DNA from: Clostridiales bacterium
GTDB lineage: Bacteria; Bacillota; Clostridia; Christensenellales; Aristaeellaceae
Assembly: GCA_012513645.1 (NCBI GenBank)
Contig: JAAZBU010000050.1
Span: 1 to 58,073 of the forward strand
Direction of reading: 5' to 3'
DNA length: 58,073 nucleotides
Shown here piece after piece: positions 28,569 through 37,965 of this stretch (within the stretch, counting starts at the first letter, position 1; each line of letters starts with the position of its first letter). Position numbers and translations under genes: made by a program. The notes beneath the pieces are model-generated. The model searched no databases, was not told the origin of the DNA, and was given only the letters and a program-made list of their open reading frames with translations.

Positions 28569-30536
28569 TTGCAATACAAACCGCCAAGCGATGCAGACCG
28601 GCACGCCTTTCATCAGGGGCAAAGCCACAGCGCGTATAAGATGCTGGGTGCACACCCTGTCCGGCAGGATGGGGAGGACATGTGGCACTTTGCCGTGTGG
28701 GCGCCCAATGCCCGCGCGGTATCTCTGACGGGCGAGTTTTGTTTCTGGGACAAGGTAAAGCACCCCATGGAAAAGCAGCACGACGGCACCTGGGAGCTGC
28801 GGCTGCCCGACCGCCTGTTTACGCCCCAGGCCGACCCCGAGCGCTTCAACTACCCGGACGCTGCCAGCAAGCTGCGCAGCTACAAATATGCCATTTTGGG
28901 TGAGGACGGCGAGGTGCACCTTAAGGCCGACCCCTACGCCTTTCAAAGCGAGCTGCGCCCCAATACCGCAAGCCTGCTGTGCGACCTGTCGGGCTATACC
29001 TGGGGCGATGACGAGTGGATGCAGCGGCGCGCCAGCTGGAACCCCTACCGCAGCCCCATCAACATCTACGAACTGCACCTGGGCAGCTGGCGGCGAGATG
29101 AATATGGCGAGATGCTCACCTACGGCGAGATTGCCGACCAGCTGATCCCCTATATCCAGGAAATGGGCTACACCCATGTGGAGCTGCTGCCCGTGATGGA
29201 GCACCCGCTGGACATGTCCTGGGGCTATCAGGTGACGGGCTACTATGCCCCCACCGCCCGCCACGGCCAGCCCCGGGACTTCATGCGCTTTGTAGACCGC
29301 CTGCACCAGGCCAACATCGGGGTAATCCTGGACTGGGTGCCCGCTCACTTCCCCCGCGACGAGATCGGCCTGCGCCGGTTTGACGGCACGCCCTGCTACG
29401 AGCATGTGGACCCGCGCCGCGCCGAGATGCCCCAGTGGGGCACCATGCTGTTTGACTATGGGCGCGGCGAGGTGTGCAGCTTTCTGATCAGCAACGCCTG
29501 CTTCTGGCTGAAATACTACCATGCGGATGGCCTGCGCTGCGACGCGGTCAGCTCCATGCTGTACCACGACTTTGGCCGGGAGGACGGCGACTGGTCGCCC
29601 AACCGCTACGGCGGCAATGAAAATCTGGAGGCCATCGCCTTTTTGCGCCGCCTTAACGAGGTGATCTACCGCGAGCACCCCGGCGCCATGACCATCGCGG
29701 AGGAGTCCAGCTCCTTCCCCATGGTGACCCAGCCCACCTACCTGGGCGGCCTGGGCTTCGGCTTCAAGTGGAACATGGGCTGGATGAACGACATGCTCAG
29801 CTACATCAAGGTAGACCCATACTTCCGCGGGGGCAGCCACCAGAAGCTGACCTTTTCGCTGCACTACGCCTTCAGCGAAAACTACATTTTGCCCTTCTCC
29901 CACGATGAGGTGGTGCACGGCAAGCACTCCATGCTGGATAAGCAGCCCGGCGACCTGTGGCAGAAGTTTGCCGGCCTGCGCGCCCTGTACGGGTACACCA
30001 TGGCCCACCCGGGCAAAAAGCTGCTGTTCATGGGCAGCGAGTTCGGCCACTTCATCGAGTGGAAGGATGATGACCAGCTGGACTGGTTCCTGCTGGTATA
30101 CGAGCGGCACCCGGACATGCAGCGCTATGTGAAGGCGCTCAACCGCTTCTACCTGGATCACCCCGCCTTCTGGGAGGTGGAGGACGGCTGGGACGGCTTC
30201 CAGTGGCTGGAGGCAAACGACACGCAAAACAGCGTGATTATCTTCATGCGCTGGGACAAGGCCGGCCGCGGCATCGTGTGCGTCACCAACTACACGCCGG
30301 TGTTTCACCCGCGCTACCGCTTTGGCCTGCCGGCCAAGGGCAGGGTGACCGAGGTGCTCAACTCCGACCTTAAGGAGTATGGTGGCTCCGGCCAGGCAAA
30401 CGCCCGCCCCGTGGCCTCGCAGCCCATCCCCCATCACGAGTTTCCCTGCTGCGTGGACGTATGCGTCCCGCCGCTGGCAACTGTATATTTCACCTTTACC
30501 AGGCAAGAACATCAACCAAAACGCAAGGAGGAATAG
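28569..30536 (+). CDS. glgB: 1,4-alpha-glucan branching enzyme
   Basis: GH13 motifs DWVPAHF, GLRCDAV, AEESS and FSHDEV. The TTG start follows AAGGGGGAG, so the start is uncertain. Confidence 0.93.
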   Translation: MQYKPPSDADRHAFHQGQSHSAYKMLGAHPVRQDGEDMWHFAVWAPNARAVSLTGEFCFWDKVKHPMEKQHDGTWELRLPDRLFTPQADPERFNYPDAASKLRSYKYAILGEDGEVHLKADPYAFQSELRPNTASLLCDLSGYTWGDDEWMQRRASWNPYRSPINIYELHLGSWRRDEYGEMLTYGEIADQLIPYIQEMGYTHVELLPVMEHPLDMSWGYQVTGYYAPTARHGQPRDFMRFVDRLHQANIGVILDWVPAHFPRDEIGLRRFDGTPCYEHVDPRRAEMPQWGTMLFDYGRGEVCSFLISNACFWLKYYHADGLRCDAVSSMLYHDFGREDGDWSPNRYGGNENLEAIAFLRRLNEVIYREHPGAMTIAEESSSFPMVTQPTYLGGLGFGFKWNMGWMNDMLSYIKVDPYFRGGSHQKLTFSLHYAFSENYILPFSHDEVVHGKHSMLDKQPGDLWQKFAGLRALYGYTMAHPGKKLLFMGSEFGHFIEWKDDDQLDWFLLVYERHPDMQRYVKALNRFYLDHPAFWEVEDGWDGFQWLEANDTQNSVIIFMRWDKAGRGIVCVTNYTPVFHPRYRFGLPAKGRVTEVLNSDLKEYGGSGQANARPVASQPIPHHEFPCCVDVCVPPLATVYFTFTRQEHQPKRKEE

Positions 30537-30539
30537 CCT

Positions 30540-31727
30540 ATGCCCCGCAAGAAAAAATGTGTTGCCATGTTGTTGGCCGGCGGCCAGGGCAGCCGGCTGG
30601 GCATTTTGACCCGCCACACCGCCAAGCCCGCCATCCCCTTTGGCGGCAAGTACCGCATCATCGATTTCCCGCTGAGCAACTGCTCCAACTCGGGCATCGA
30701 CGTGGTGGGGGTGCTGACGCAGTGGCAGCCGCTGGAGCTCAACGCCTACATCGGCTCCGGCAGCCCCTGGGACCTGGACCTCTCCTCCGGCGGGGTGTAT
30801 GTGCTTCCTCCCTACATGAAGGCCGGGGCGGGCGAATGGTACTCGGGCACGGCCAATGCCATCTATCAAAACCTGGCGTTCATCGAGCAGTTCAACCCGG
30901 ACTATGTGCTCATCCTGTCGGGCGATCACATCTACAAGATGGACTATGCCGACATGCTGGCCCACCACATTGAGAAGGAGGCCGCGGTCACCATCGCGGT
31001 GCGCCAGGTGCCCTGGGAGGAGTGCAGCCGCTTTGGCATCATGAACACCGACGCGCAGGGCAACATCATCGAGTTTGAGGAGAAGCCCGCCAACCCCAAA
31101 TCCAACAATGCCTCCATGGGTGTATATGTGTTCACCTGGCAAAAGCTGCGCGACCTGCTGATCAGCGACGAGCAAAACCCCGACAGCGACAACGACTTCG
31201 GCAAAAACATCATCCCCACCATGCTGGCGGATGGCGAGCGCCTGACGGCCTACAGCTTCAACGGCTACTGGAAGGACGTGGGCACCATCGAAAGCCTGTG
31301 GGATGCCAACATGGACCTCTTGCAGACACCCGTGCCCATCGACCTGCATGATCGCAGCTGGCGCATCTACGCCCGCAACATCGGCATGCCGCCCCACTAC
31401 ATCGCGCCCTCGGGCGAGGTATCGGGTAGCCTCGTCACCGAGGGCTGCGTCATCAAGGGCAGCGTGAAGGGCAGCGTGCTGTCGGCCGGTGTGCAGGTAG
31501 AGGAAGACGCCCAGGTGATCGACAGCGTGATCATGCCGTCGGCCCGCATCGCCAAGGGAGCCAAAGTCATCCGCAGCATCATCGCCGAGGATGCCGTCAT
31601 CGAAAGCGGCTGCCAGGTAGGCGAAGAGGAGGGGGACATCACCCTGATTGGTAACAACACCGTGCTCAAGGCAGGCACCGTGGTGCCCGCCGGCCAGCAG
31701 GTCAGCAAGGAGGGGAGCACAACATGA
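30540..31727 (+). CDS. glgC: Glucose-1-phosphate adenylyltransferase, catalytic subunit
   Basis: N-terminal [13 protein letters not shown] loop, [10 protein letters not shown], and a C-terminal left-handed beta-helix repeat. Confidence 0.95.
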   Translation: MPRKKKCVAMLLAGGQGSRLGILTRHTAKPAIPFGGKYRIIDFPLSNCSNSGIDVVGVLTQWQPLELNAYIGSGSPWDLDLSSGGVYVLPPYMKAGAGEWYSGTANAIYQNLAFIEQFNPDYVLILSGDHIYKMDYADMLAHHIEKEAAVTIAVRQVPWEECSRFGIMNTDAQGNIIEFEEKPANPKSNNASMGVYVFTWQKLRDLLISDEQNPDSDNDFGKNIIPTMLADGERLTAYSFNGYWKDVGTIESLWDANMDLLQTPVPIDLHDRSWRIYARNIGMPPHYIAPSGEVSGSLVTEGCVIKGSVKGSVLSAGVQVEEDAQVIDSVIMPSARIAKGAKVIRSIIAEDAVIESGCQVGEEEGDITLIGNNTVLKAGTVVPAGQQVSKEGSTT

Positions 31728-32848
31728 AAAGGGATATTGTTGGGCTGATCTACACGGGGGAGCGCATCGACCAGCTGCGCGACCTGACGCGCATACGCTC
31801 CGTGGCAGCGCTGCCGGTGCTGGGCCGCTACCGGATGATTGACTTCATCCTGTCCAGCATGATCCACTCGGAGATTCACAACATCGGCATCATCATGCAG
31901 AAGAACTACCACTCTTTGATGGATCACCTGGGCAGCGGGCGGGAGTGGGACCTGCACGGCAAGCGCAACGGCATGACCATCCTGCCGCCCTACATGTCCC
32001 GCGACAATGTGGGCGTGTACGAGGGGCTGCTGGACGCCCTGCGCAGCAACATCGGCTTCCTGCGCCGCAGCAAGGAGCGCTACATCGCCGTCACCGACAG
32101 CCACATTCTCTTCTCGGTGCAGTACGAGAAGATGCTGGCCCACCACCTGGAAAACGGCGCCGACATCACGCTGCTTTACACCAAGGACCGCAGCGCCCGC
32201 CGCAACGGCGCCGGCCGCTACCTGGAGGTGGACGCCCAGGGCACCGTGCACCAGATCGAGTGCGACCCCTCCATCCCCCGGTATGAGAACACCTACATGT
32301 CCGCCTTCCTGGTGCGGCGCGAGCTGCTGATCGACCTGGTGGACCGCGCGGTATCCGCCGGCTACCACCACTTCACCCGCGAGCTGCTGACCCACATTCT
32401 TCGCGACAAGAGCTACAAGGTGTGCGGCTTTGAGTGCCCGGGCAGCGTGTGGGTGATGGACTCGGTGGAGAGCTACTTCAAGGCCAACATGGATTTCCTC
32501 GTCGCCGAAAACCGCGCCCGCATCTTCAACCCGGACAAGCCCGTATGGACCAAGCTGCGCGACGAGATGCCCACCCACTACATGGATGGGGCCGACGTCA
32601 GCAACTCCCTGATTGCCGACGGCTGCATCATCCAGGGGCGGGTGGAGAACTCCATCCTGTTCCGCGGCGTGCAGATCAAACCCGGCGCCAGCGTGAAAAA
32701 CTGCATCGTCATGCAGGATGCCATCATCCAGCGCAATGTGGAACTGGCCTATGCCATCCTCGACAAACAGGTCACCGTGCGCGAGAATACCCGCATGATG
32801 GGCCCGGCAGGCTATCCCCTGGTGGTACCCAAAGCCTTGACAATCTGA
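31724..32848 (+). CDS. glgD: Glucose-1-phosphate adenylyltransferase, GlgD subunit
   Basis: A GlgC paralogue lacking the GGxGxRL loop. It has an ATGA overlap with glgC and sits in the position seen in Firmicutes glgBCDA operons. Confidence 0.85.
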   Translation: MKRDIVGLIYTGERIDQLRDLTRIRSVAALPVLGRYRMIDFILSSMIHSEIHNIGIIMQKNYHSLMDHLGSGREWDLHGKRNGMTILPPYMSRDNVGVYEGLLDALRSNIGFLRRSKERYIAVTDSHILFSVQYEKMLAHHLENGADITLLYTKDRSARRNGAGRYLEVDAQGTVHQIECDPSIPRYENTYMSAFLVRRELLIDLVDRAVSAGYHHFTRELLTHILRDKSYKVCGFECPGSVWVMDSVESYFKANMDFLVAENRARIFNPDKPVWTKLRDEMPTHYMDGADVSNSLIADGCIIQGRVENSILFRGVQIKPGASVKNCIVMQDAIIQRNVELAYAILDKQVTVRENTRMMGPAGYPLVVPKALTI

Positions 32849-32899
32849 AGCTGAACCTGTAACTTTTTCCCGGAACACCGATTGGAAGGAGTGAACCCA

Positions 32900-34633
32900 G
32901 TGAGGATTTTATTTGCCGCCAGCGAGTGCGTACCCTTTATCAAGACCGGCGGGCTGGCCGACGTGGTGGGCTCCCTGGCGCCGGTGCTGGCGCAAAAGGG
33001 CCACGACGTGCGCGTCATTTTGCCCAAGTACGCGGCGATCCCCGAGAAATTCGAGAACAATATGCACCACGTGGTGGACTTTGAGGTGCAGCTGGGGTGG
33101 CGCAGGCAGTACTGCGGCATCGAGGCCCTGGAGCAGGACGGCGTCACCTACTACTTTGTGGACAACCGCTATTACTTTGGCCGCAACTATATCTACGGCC
33201 TGGGCGGCGATGAGTACGAGCGCTTCGCCTTCTTCGCGCGGGCGGTGCTCAACAGCCTGCCGCTGATCCCCTTTGAGCCGGAGGTCATCCACGCCCACGA
33301 CTGGCAGGCCGGCATGGTGCCGGCGCTGCTGCGCATCCAGTATTCCCACCTGCCTGCCTACAACAACATCAAGACCGTGATGACCATCCACAACCTGCAG
33401 TATCAGGGCATCTTCGGCATCCGGGATGTGCAGGATGTGCTGCACCTGCCCGACAGCGTATTCACTGACGACAAGTTAGAGTGCCACGGCGCGGCCAACT
33501 ACCTCAAGGCCGGCCTGGTGTACGCGGATGAGGTCACCACCGTCAGCCCCAGCTACGCCGAGGAGATCCAGACCAGCTACTACGGCGAGCGGCTGGACGG
33601 CCTGCTGCGCGCCAAGCGCGACCACCTCACCGGCGTGCTCAACGGCATCGACACGGTGGAGTACGACCCGACGGGTGACCCCAGCATCGCCCAGACCTAC
33701 TCGGTGGACGACATGTCCGGCAAGGCCGTCTGCAAGCGCGCCCTGCAGGAGCAGCTGGGCCTGGAGGTGCGCCCCGACGTGCCCGTCATCGGCATGGTGA
33801 GCCGCCTATCCAACCAGAAGGGGCTCGATCTGGTGGACTATGTGATCGCCGACATCATGCGCGAGGATGTGCAGCTGGCCGTGTTGGGCATGGGCGACAG
33901 TCGCTATGTCAACCTGTTCAGCTGGGCCGAGCAGAACTACCCCGGCCGCGTGGCCGCCCGCTTTGCCATGGATCACGACCTGGCGCACCGCATCTACGCG
34001 GGCAGCGACATGTTCCTCATGCCCTCGCAGTTTGAGCCCTGTGGCCTCAGCCAGATGATCAGCCTGCGCTACGGCACCGTGCCCATCGTGCGCGAGACCG
34101 GCGGCCTGCGCGACACCGTGCTCAGCTATAACGACTACACGAACGCCGGCAATGGCTTCACCTTCTTCAACTACAACGCCCACGACATGCTGCACACCCT
34201 CCAGCGGGCGCTGCACTACTACCACAACCGCAAGGACGTGTGGAAGACGCTGATGGAGCGCGGCATGAGCGGCGACTACAGCTGGCGGCACTCGGCCGAG
34301 ATGTACATCTCGCTGTACCAGAGCATTCTGCCCGGCGACAACGGCTACGCTAAGCCCATTCAGGGCGATCCGCACGAGCAGCCGGCCCCCAAGGCCCCGA
34401 AGGCCCCGGCCAAAAAAACTGCGGCCAAAGCGGACGCCAAGCCCGTCACCGACCCCCACGAGCCCAAGCAGGCCGCCGCCAAGTCTGCCGCAAAGCCGGC
34501 GGCGAAGCGGACCACGGCCAAGGCCGCGCCCGCCAAGGCCACGGCCAGAAAGCCTGCCGCCAAGCCCGCAGCCAAGGTCATCGACCCGCACGAAAAGGCA
34601 CCGGTCAAGAAAAAGCCGGCTGCTAAGAAGTAA
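32900..34633 (+). CDS. glgA: Glycogen synthase with a Lys/Ala/Pro-rich C-terminal extension
   Basis: Contains ECVPFIKTGGLADVVGSL and the GT5 core. GTG 32900 lies 8 nt after GGAAGGAG; the track start at 32882 is a TTG. The last ~95 codons form a low-complexity basic tail. Confidence 0.9.
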   Translation: MRILFAASECVPFIKTGGLADVVGSLAPVLAQKGHDVRVILPKYAAIPEKFENNMHHVVDFEVQLGWRRQYCGIEALEQDGVTYYFVDNRYYFGRNYIYGLGGDEYERFAFFARAVLNSLPLIPFEPEVIHAHDWQAGMVPALLRIQYSHLPAYNNIKTVMTIHNLQYQGIFGIRDVQDVLHLPDSVFTDDKLECHGAANYLKAGLVYADEVTTVSPSYAEEIQTSYYGERLDGLLRAKRDHLTGVLNGIDTVEYDPTGDPSIAQTYSVDDMSGKAVCKRALQEQLGLEVRPDVPVIGMVSRLSNQKGLDLVDYVIADIMREDVQLAVLGMGDSRYVNLFSWAEQNYPGRVAARFAMDHDLAHRIYAGSDMFLMPSQFEPCGLSQMISLRYGTVPIVRETGGLRDTVLSYNDYTNAGNGFTFFNYNAHDMLHTLQRALHYYHNRKDVWKTLMERGMSGDYSWRHSAEMYISLYQSILPGDNGYAKPIQGDPHEQPAPKAPKAPAKKTAAKADAKPVTDPHEPKQAAAKSAAKPAAKRTTAKAAPAKATARKPAAKPAAKVIDPHEKAPVKKKPAAKK

Positions 34634-34653
34634 CACCCTGTTCGTTAACGATG

Positions 34654-34679
34654 AGGGCCCCGCAGCTTTGCGGGGCCCT
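34654..34679. terminator. Hairpin between the convergent glgA and EF-G genes
   Basis: 11-bp stem AGGGCCCCGCA / TGCGGGGCCCT with a 4-nt loop. The U-tracts are poor. Confidence 0.5.
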
Positions 34680-34713
34680 TGCGGGTATTTGATAATAAAG
34701 GGAGCGAAGAACC

Positions 34714-36795
34714 TTACTCGTCCTCTTCCTCTTCGCGGACGGCGGATTCGACGATCTTCTTGGCCACATCCTGGGGCACTTCCTCATAGCGCTCAAAGGC
34801 CATGGTGAAGCTGCCGCGCGCCTGGGTGCGGCTGCGCAGGTCGGTAGCGTACTTGAACATCTCGCTCATGGGGATCTCGGCGACCACCTGCTGCATGCCG
34901 CCCACCTGATTCATGCCCATGATGCGGCCGCGGCGGGTGCTGACATCGCCCATGATGTCGCCCATGTATTCGTCGGGCACAAGCACCTCGACATGCATGA
35001 TGGGCTCCAGCAGCACGGGGCTGGCATCGGCGCAGCCCTTCTTGTAGGCGATGCGGGCAGCGGTTTTAAACGCCATTTCGGAGGAGTCTACCGCGTGAGA
35101 GGAGCCATCGTACAGCTTGGCGCGCAGGCCCACCATGGGGTAACCCGCCAGCACGCCCTTGACGATGTTCTCGCGCAGGCCCTTTTCCACCGAGGGGATG
35201 AAGTTGCGCGGCACCGCGCCGCCCACCACTGCGTCCACAAACTCGAACTCGACGTTGGTGTCACCAATGGGGGAGAACTCGATCCACACGTCGCCGAACT
35301 GGCCGTGGCCGCCCGACTGTTTCTTATGGCGTCCCTGCACGGAAACCGTCTTGCGGATGGTCTCGCGGTAGGGCACCTTGGGGTCCTGCAGTACGGCGTT
35401 GGCGCCGAACTTGCTGGCCAGCTTGGAGCGGATCACATCCAGGTGCAGGTCGCCCTGGCCGGACAGCACGGTCTCGGTGGTCTCGGTGTTCTTTTCGGTT
35501 TTGATGGAGGGATCTTCCTCGATCAGCTTGTTGATGCCAGAGAACACCTTGTCCTCCTCGCCCTGCTTGGCGGCGTAGACAGCCTTGGAGAAGCCGGGCA
35601 CCGGGTACACCAACTCTGCATAGCGGATGGGGGCAGCAGGATCGCACAGCGTATCGCCGGTGGCGGTGAAGGCCAGCTTGCTCAGCGCGCCGATATCGCC
35701 TGCGTTGAGCTGCTGGACAGCCGTCTGCTTTTTGCCGCGCAGCATGAACAGGCCGCCGGATTTCTCGGCCTTTTCTTCATTGGCGTTGTACAGCGCGGTG
35801 CCCGCGTTGAGCACGCCGCTCATCACACGCACCAATGACAGCTTGCCCACAAAGGGGTCGGCAATGGTCTTGAACACAAAGGCGGAGAAGGGCGCGTCGT
35901 TGACGCACTCGCGGGTCTCGGGCTCATCGGTCTTGGGGTTGATGCCCTCCACCACCGTGCCCGAAGGCCAGTTGAGGTAGTTCTTCATGACGTCCAGCAG
36001 CGGCGCAATGCCCACGCCGGTCACGGCGCTGCAGCACACCACCGGCACAATGCGGCCGGACTTCATGCCCGCGCGGAAGCCTTCCAGCGTCTCGTCGTGG
36101 CTCAGCTCGCCCTGCTCGAAATACTTCTCCAGCAACTCATCAATGGCCTCGGCGGACGCCTCGGTGATGGCAGCCACGTCCTCCTCCAGCTCGCCCTGCA
36201 TGCTGGCGGGCACGTCCACCTGCTTGAGCGCCTTGCCCACGCCCTCAAAGGCCGTGCCTTCCAGCACGTTGACCACGCCCTTAAAGCCGGCACCCGCGCC
36301 AATGGGCACCACCAGGGGTACCACGCTGGTGCCGTACTTGTCGCGCAGCTGGGCCAGCACCTTCTGGAAATCCGCGTGCTCGCGGTCCATCTGGTTGATG
36401 ATAAACATGCGGCTGAGCTGCTGCTTTTCGGCCATATCCCAGGCCTTTTCAGCACCCACGGTGATGCCGTTGACAGCGTTTAATACGATGCCCACCGTCT
36501 GCACCACGCGCACCGGACCCATGACCTCGCCCACAAAATCAAAATAGCCGGGGACGTCGATCAGGTTGATCTTGGTGCCCTTCCACTCCACGGGCGCTGC
36601 CGCCGCGTTGATGGATATGCCGCGCTTGTTTTCTTCGGCGTCAAAGTCGGTGGTGGTGTTGCCGTCCTCCACCCGCCCCTGGCGATCAATATGTCCCGCA
36701 GCGAAGAGCATCGACTCTGTCAGCGTCGTTTTGCCCTCGCTGCCGTGTCCCAGCAAGGCGATATTGCGGATTTCCTTTGGTTGATAGTCAGCCAT
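34714..36795 (-). CDS. Elongation factor G paralogue (EF-G2-like), stand-alone
   Basis: G1 is GHGSEGKTT, G3 is DVPG, G4 is NQMD, and domain IV has ..SSHAVDSSEMAFK... ATG 36795 lies 7 nt after GAGGGGG. It is not next to rpsL/rpsG/tuf. Confidence 0.9.
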   Translation of the reverse strand: MADYQPKEIRNIALLGHGSEGKTTLTESMLFAAGHIDRQGRVEDGNTTTDFDAEENKRGISINAAAAPVEWKGTKINLIDVPGYFDFVGEVMGPVRVVQTVGIVLNAVNGITVGAEKAWDMAEKQQLSRMFIINQMDREHADFQKVLAQLRDKYGTSVVPLVVPIGAGAGFKGVVNVLEGTAFEGVGKALKQVDVPASMQGELEEDVAAITEASAEAIDELLEKYFEQGELSHDETLEGFRAGMKSGRIVPVVCCSAVTGVGIAPLLDVMKNYLNWPSGTVVEGINPKTDEPETRECVNDAPFSAFVFKTIADPFVGKLSLVRVMSGVLNAGTALYNANEEKAEKSGGLFMLRGKKQTAVQQLNAGDIGALSKLAFTATGDTLCDPAAPIRYAELVYPVPGFSKAVYAAKQGEEDKVFSGINKLIEEDPSIKTEKNTETTETVLSGQGDLHLDVIRSKLASKFGANAVLQDPKVPYRETIRKTVSVQGRHKKQSGGHGQFGDVWIEFSPIGDTNVEFEFVDAVVGGAVPRNFIPSVEKGLRENIVKGVLAGYPMVGLRAKLYDGSSHAVDSSEMAFKTAARIAYKKGCADASPVLLEPIMHVEVLVPDEYMGDIMGDVSTRRGRIMGMNQVGGMQQVVAEIPMSEMFKYATDLRSRTQARGSFTMAFERYEEVPQDVAKKIVESAVREEEEDE

Positions 36796-36847
36796 GTCCA
36801 AACCCCCTCAAAATAATACACACTATTGCGTCTACGTAACGGACATT

Positions 36848-36876
36848 ATTTTACCACAATGCCCCGCCCTTCACAA
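36848..36876 (-). promoter_or_regulatory. Candidate promoter of the EF-G paralogue
   Basis: Minus strand: TTGTGA, 17-nt spacer, extended -10 TGgTAAAAT. Confidence 0.5.
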
Positions 36877-36955
36877 GTGCGGGGCACAGCATTCATCGCA
36901 ATGCGCCTAAATCAAACCGATACGCGTCAAGGCTGGTAGCATCTCCCGCCGATCG

Positions 36956-37960
36956 TCAGCCGCCGGGTGCATCCAGCAGGGCCGTCAGCTCCTCCAGCGC
37001 CTCAATGGTCCATATCACCTGCTGGGGATGCACCACATCCGAGGGCACGCCGTGGGCTATACAGTCTACAAAATGCTCCATCTCGTGCAGATAGGCAGAT
37101 GTGGGCGATACATTGATGCTGGTCTCCAGCGCGTCCTTCTTCTCATGCCACACCAGCCTGCGTTCGCCGCCCCCCTGCTCATAGGCCACCAGATTGTCGC
37201 CATCAAAGCACACCACCGCGCGCTCAAAATACACGCGGAATCCCATTGTAAAGGGCAGCGGCGCATTGTACCAGCTGGCCTCGGCACCGGCCGTGATGCC
37301 GGGATACGCGTAGCTGACCCGCAGGTACTCATCATACCCGACGCCCACATTTCCCCCGTGCTGCACGCAGGCGATATCGGGCTTGCCAAACAGGCTGATC
37401 AGGAAATACAAATCATGGATATGCAGGTCGAAGGGAATCAGGCCGCTCTTCTCCCGCTCAAACAGCCAGCTGGTACTGGACCATGCAGGCCGCTCGCTGA
37501 ACCGGTGCAGCGCGATATCCAGCACCCGGCCATAGCGGCCGCTGCGCACCAATTCGGTCAGCGCCATGTATTCCTCCCAGAACAGCATCACGTGGGCCAC
37601 ATACAGGTGCACGCCCTGGCTTTGCGCAAGGTTAAACAGCCCCGTGGCCTCCCGGGCGCTCAGACACAATGGCTTCTCGCAGATGCAATGCTTGCCCGCC
37701 AGCAGCGCCTGGCGCACCTGATCTGCGTGCAAATGGGTTGGCGTGCACACGATCACCGCGTCCGCATGTGACTCCCGCAGCATCTGCGCATAGTCGGCGT
37801 AATATCTGGCCCCCAGCTCCTCAATCGCCGGTTGCGCATCCGCATCCAGCGTGCAGATGTCTGTGACCCGCGCATTGCCCATGGTGTGGATGTTATCGAT
37901 ATGCGTCTTGCCCATCCCGCCGTAGCCGATTAGGGCAAGTCTTACTTGCTCCTGTTTCAT
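36956..37960 (-). CDS. Gfo/Idh/MocA-family NAD(P)-dependent oxidoreductase
   Basis: Contains VRLALIGYGGMG (Rossmann) and CEKPL. ATG 37960 is 5 nt after the permease stop; a TTG at 37969 would overlap it. Confidence 0.8.
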   Translation of the reverse strand: MKQEQVRLALIGYGGMGKTHIDNIHTMGNARVTDICTLDADAQPAIEELGARYYADYAQMLRESHADAVIVCTPTHLHADQVRQALLAGKHCICEKPLCLSAREATGLFNLAQSQGVHLYVAHVMLFWEEYMALTELVRSGRYGRVLDIALHRFSERPAWSSTSWLFEREKSGLIPFDLHIHDLYFLISLFGKPDIACVQHGGNVGVGYDEYLRVSYAYPGITAGAEASWYNAPLPFTMGFRVYFERAVVCFDGDNLVAYEQGGGERRLVWHEKKDALETSINVSPTSAYLHEMEHFVDCIAHGVPSDVVHPQQVIWTIEALEELTALLDAPGG

Positions 37961-37965
37961 AATAC

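Noticed and set aside
28488-31397. 969-aa minus-strand ORF, the longest in the track.
   Set aside because: It lies exactly antisense to glgB and glgC, whose sense translations carry unmistakable GH13 and ADP-glucose pyrophosphorylase motifs. The antisense product is G/A/V/H/L/R-rich and low in complexity. Long stop-free antisense frames are expected at this G+C content.
34330-34633. Repetitive GCC-AAG-CCS nucleotide pattern, considered as a tandem-repeat or CRISPR-like element.
   Set aside because: It is in frame with glgA and encodes the KAP-rich tail. There are no regularly spaced identical repeats or spacers.
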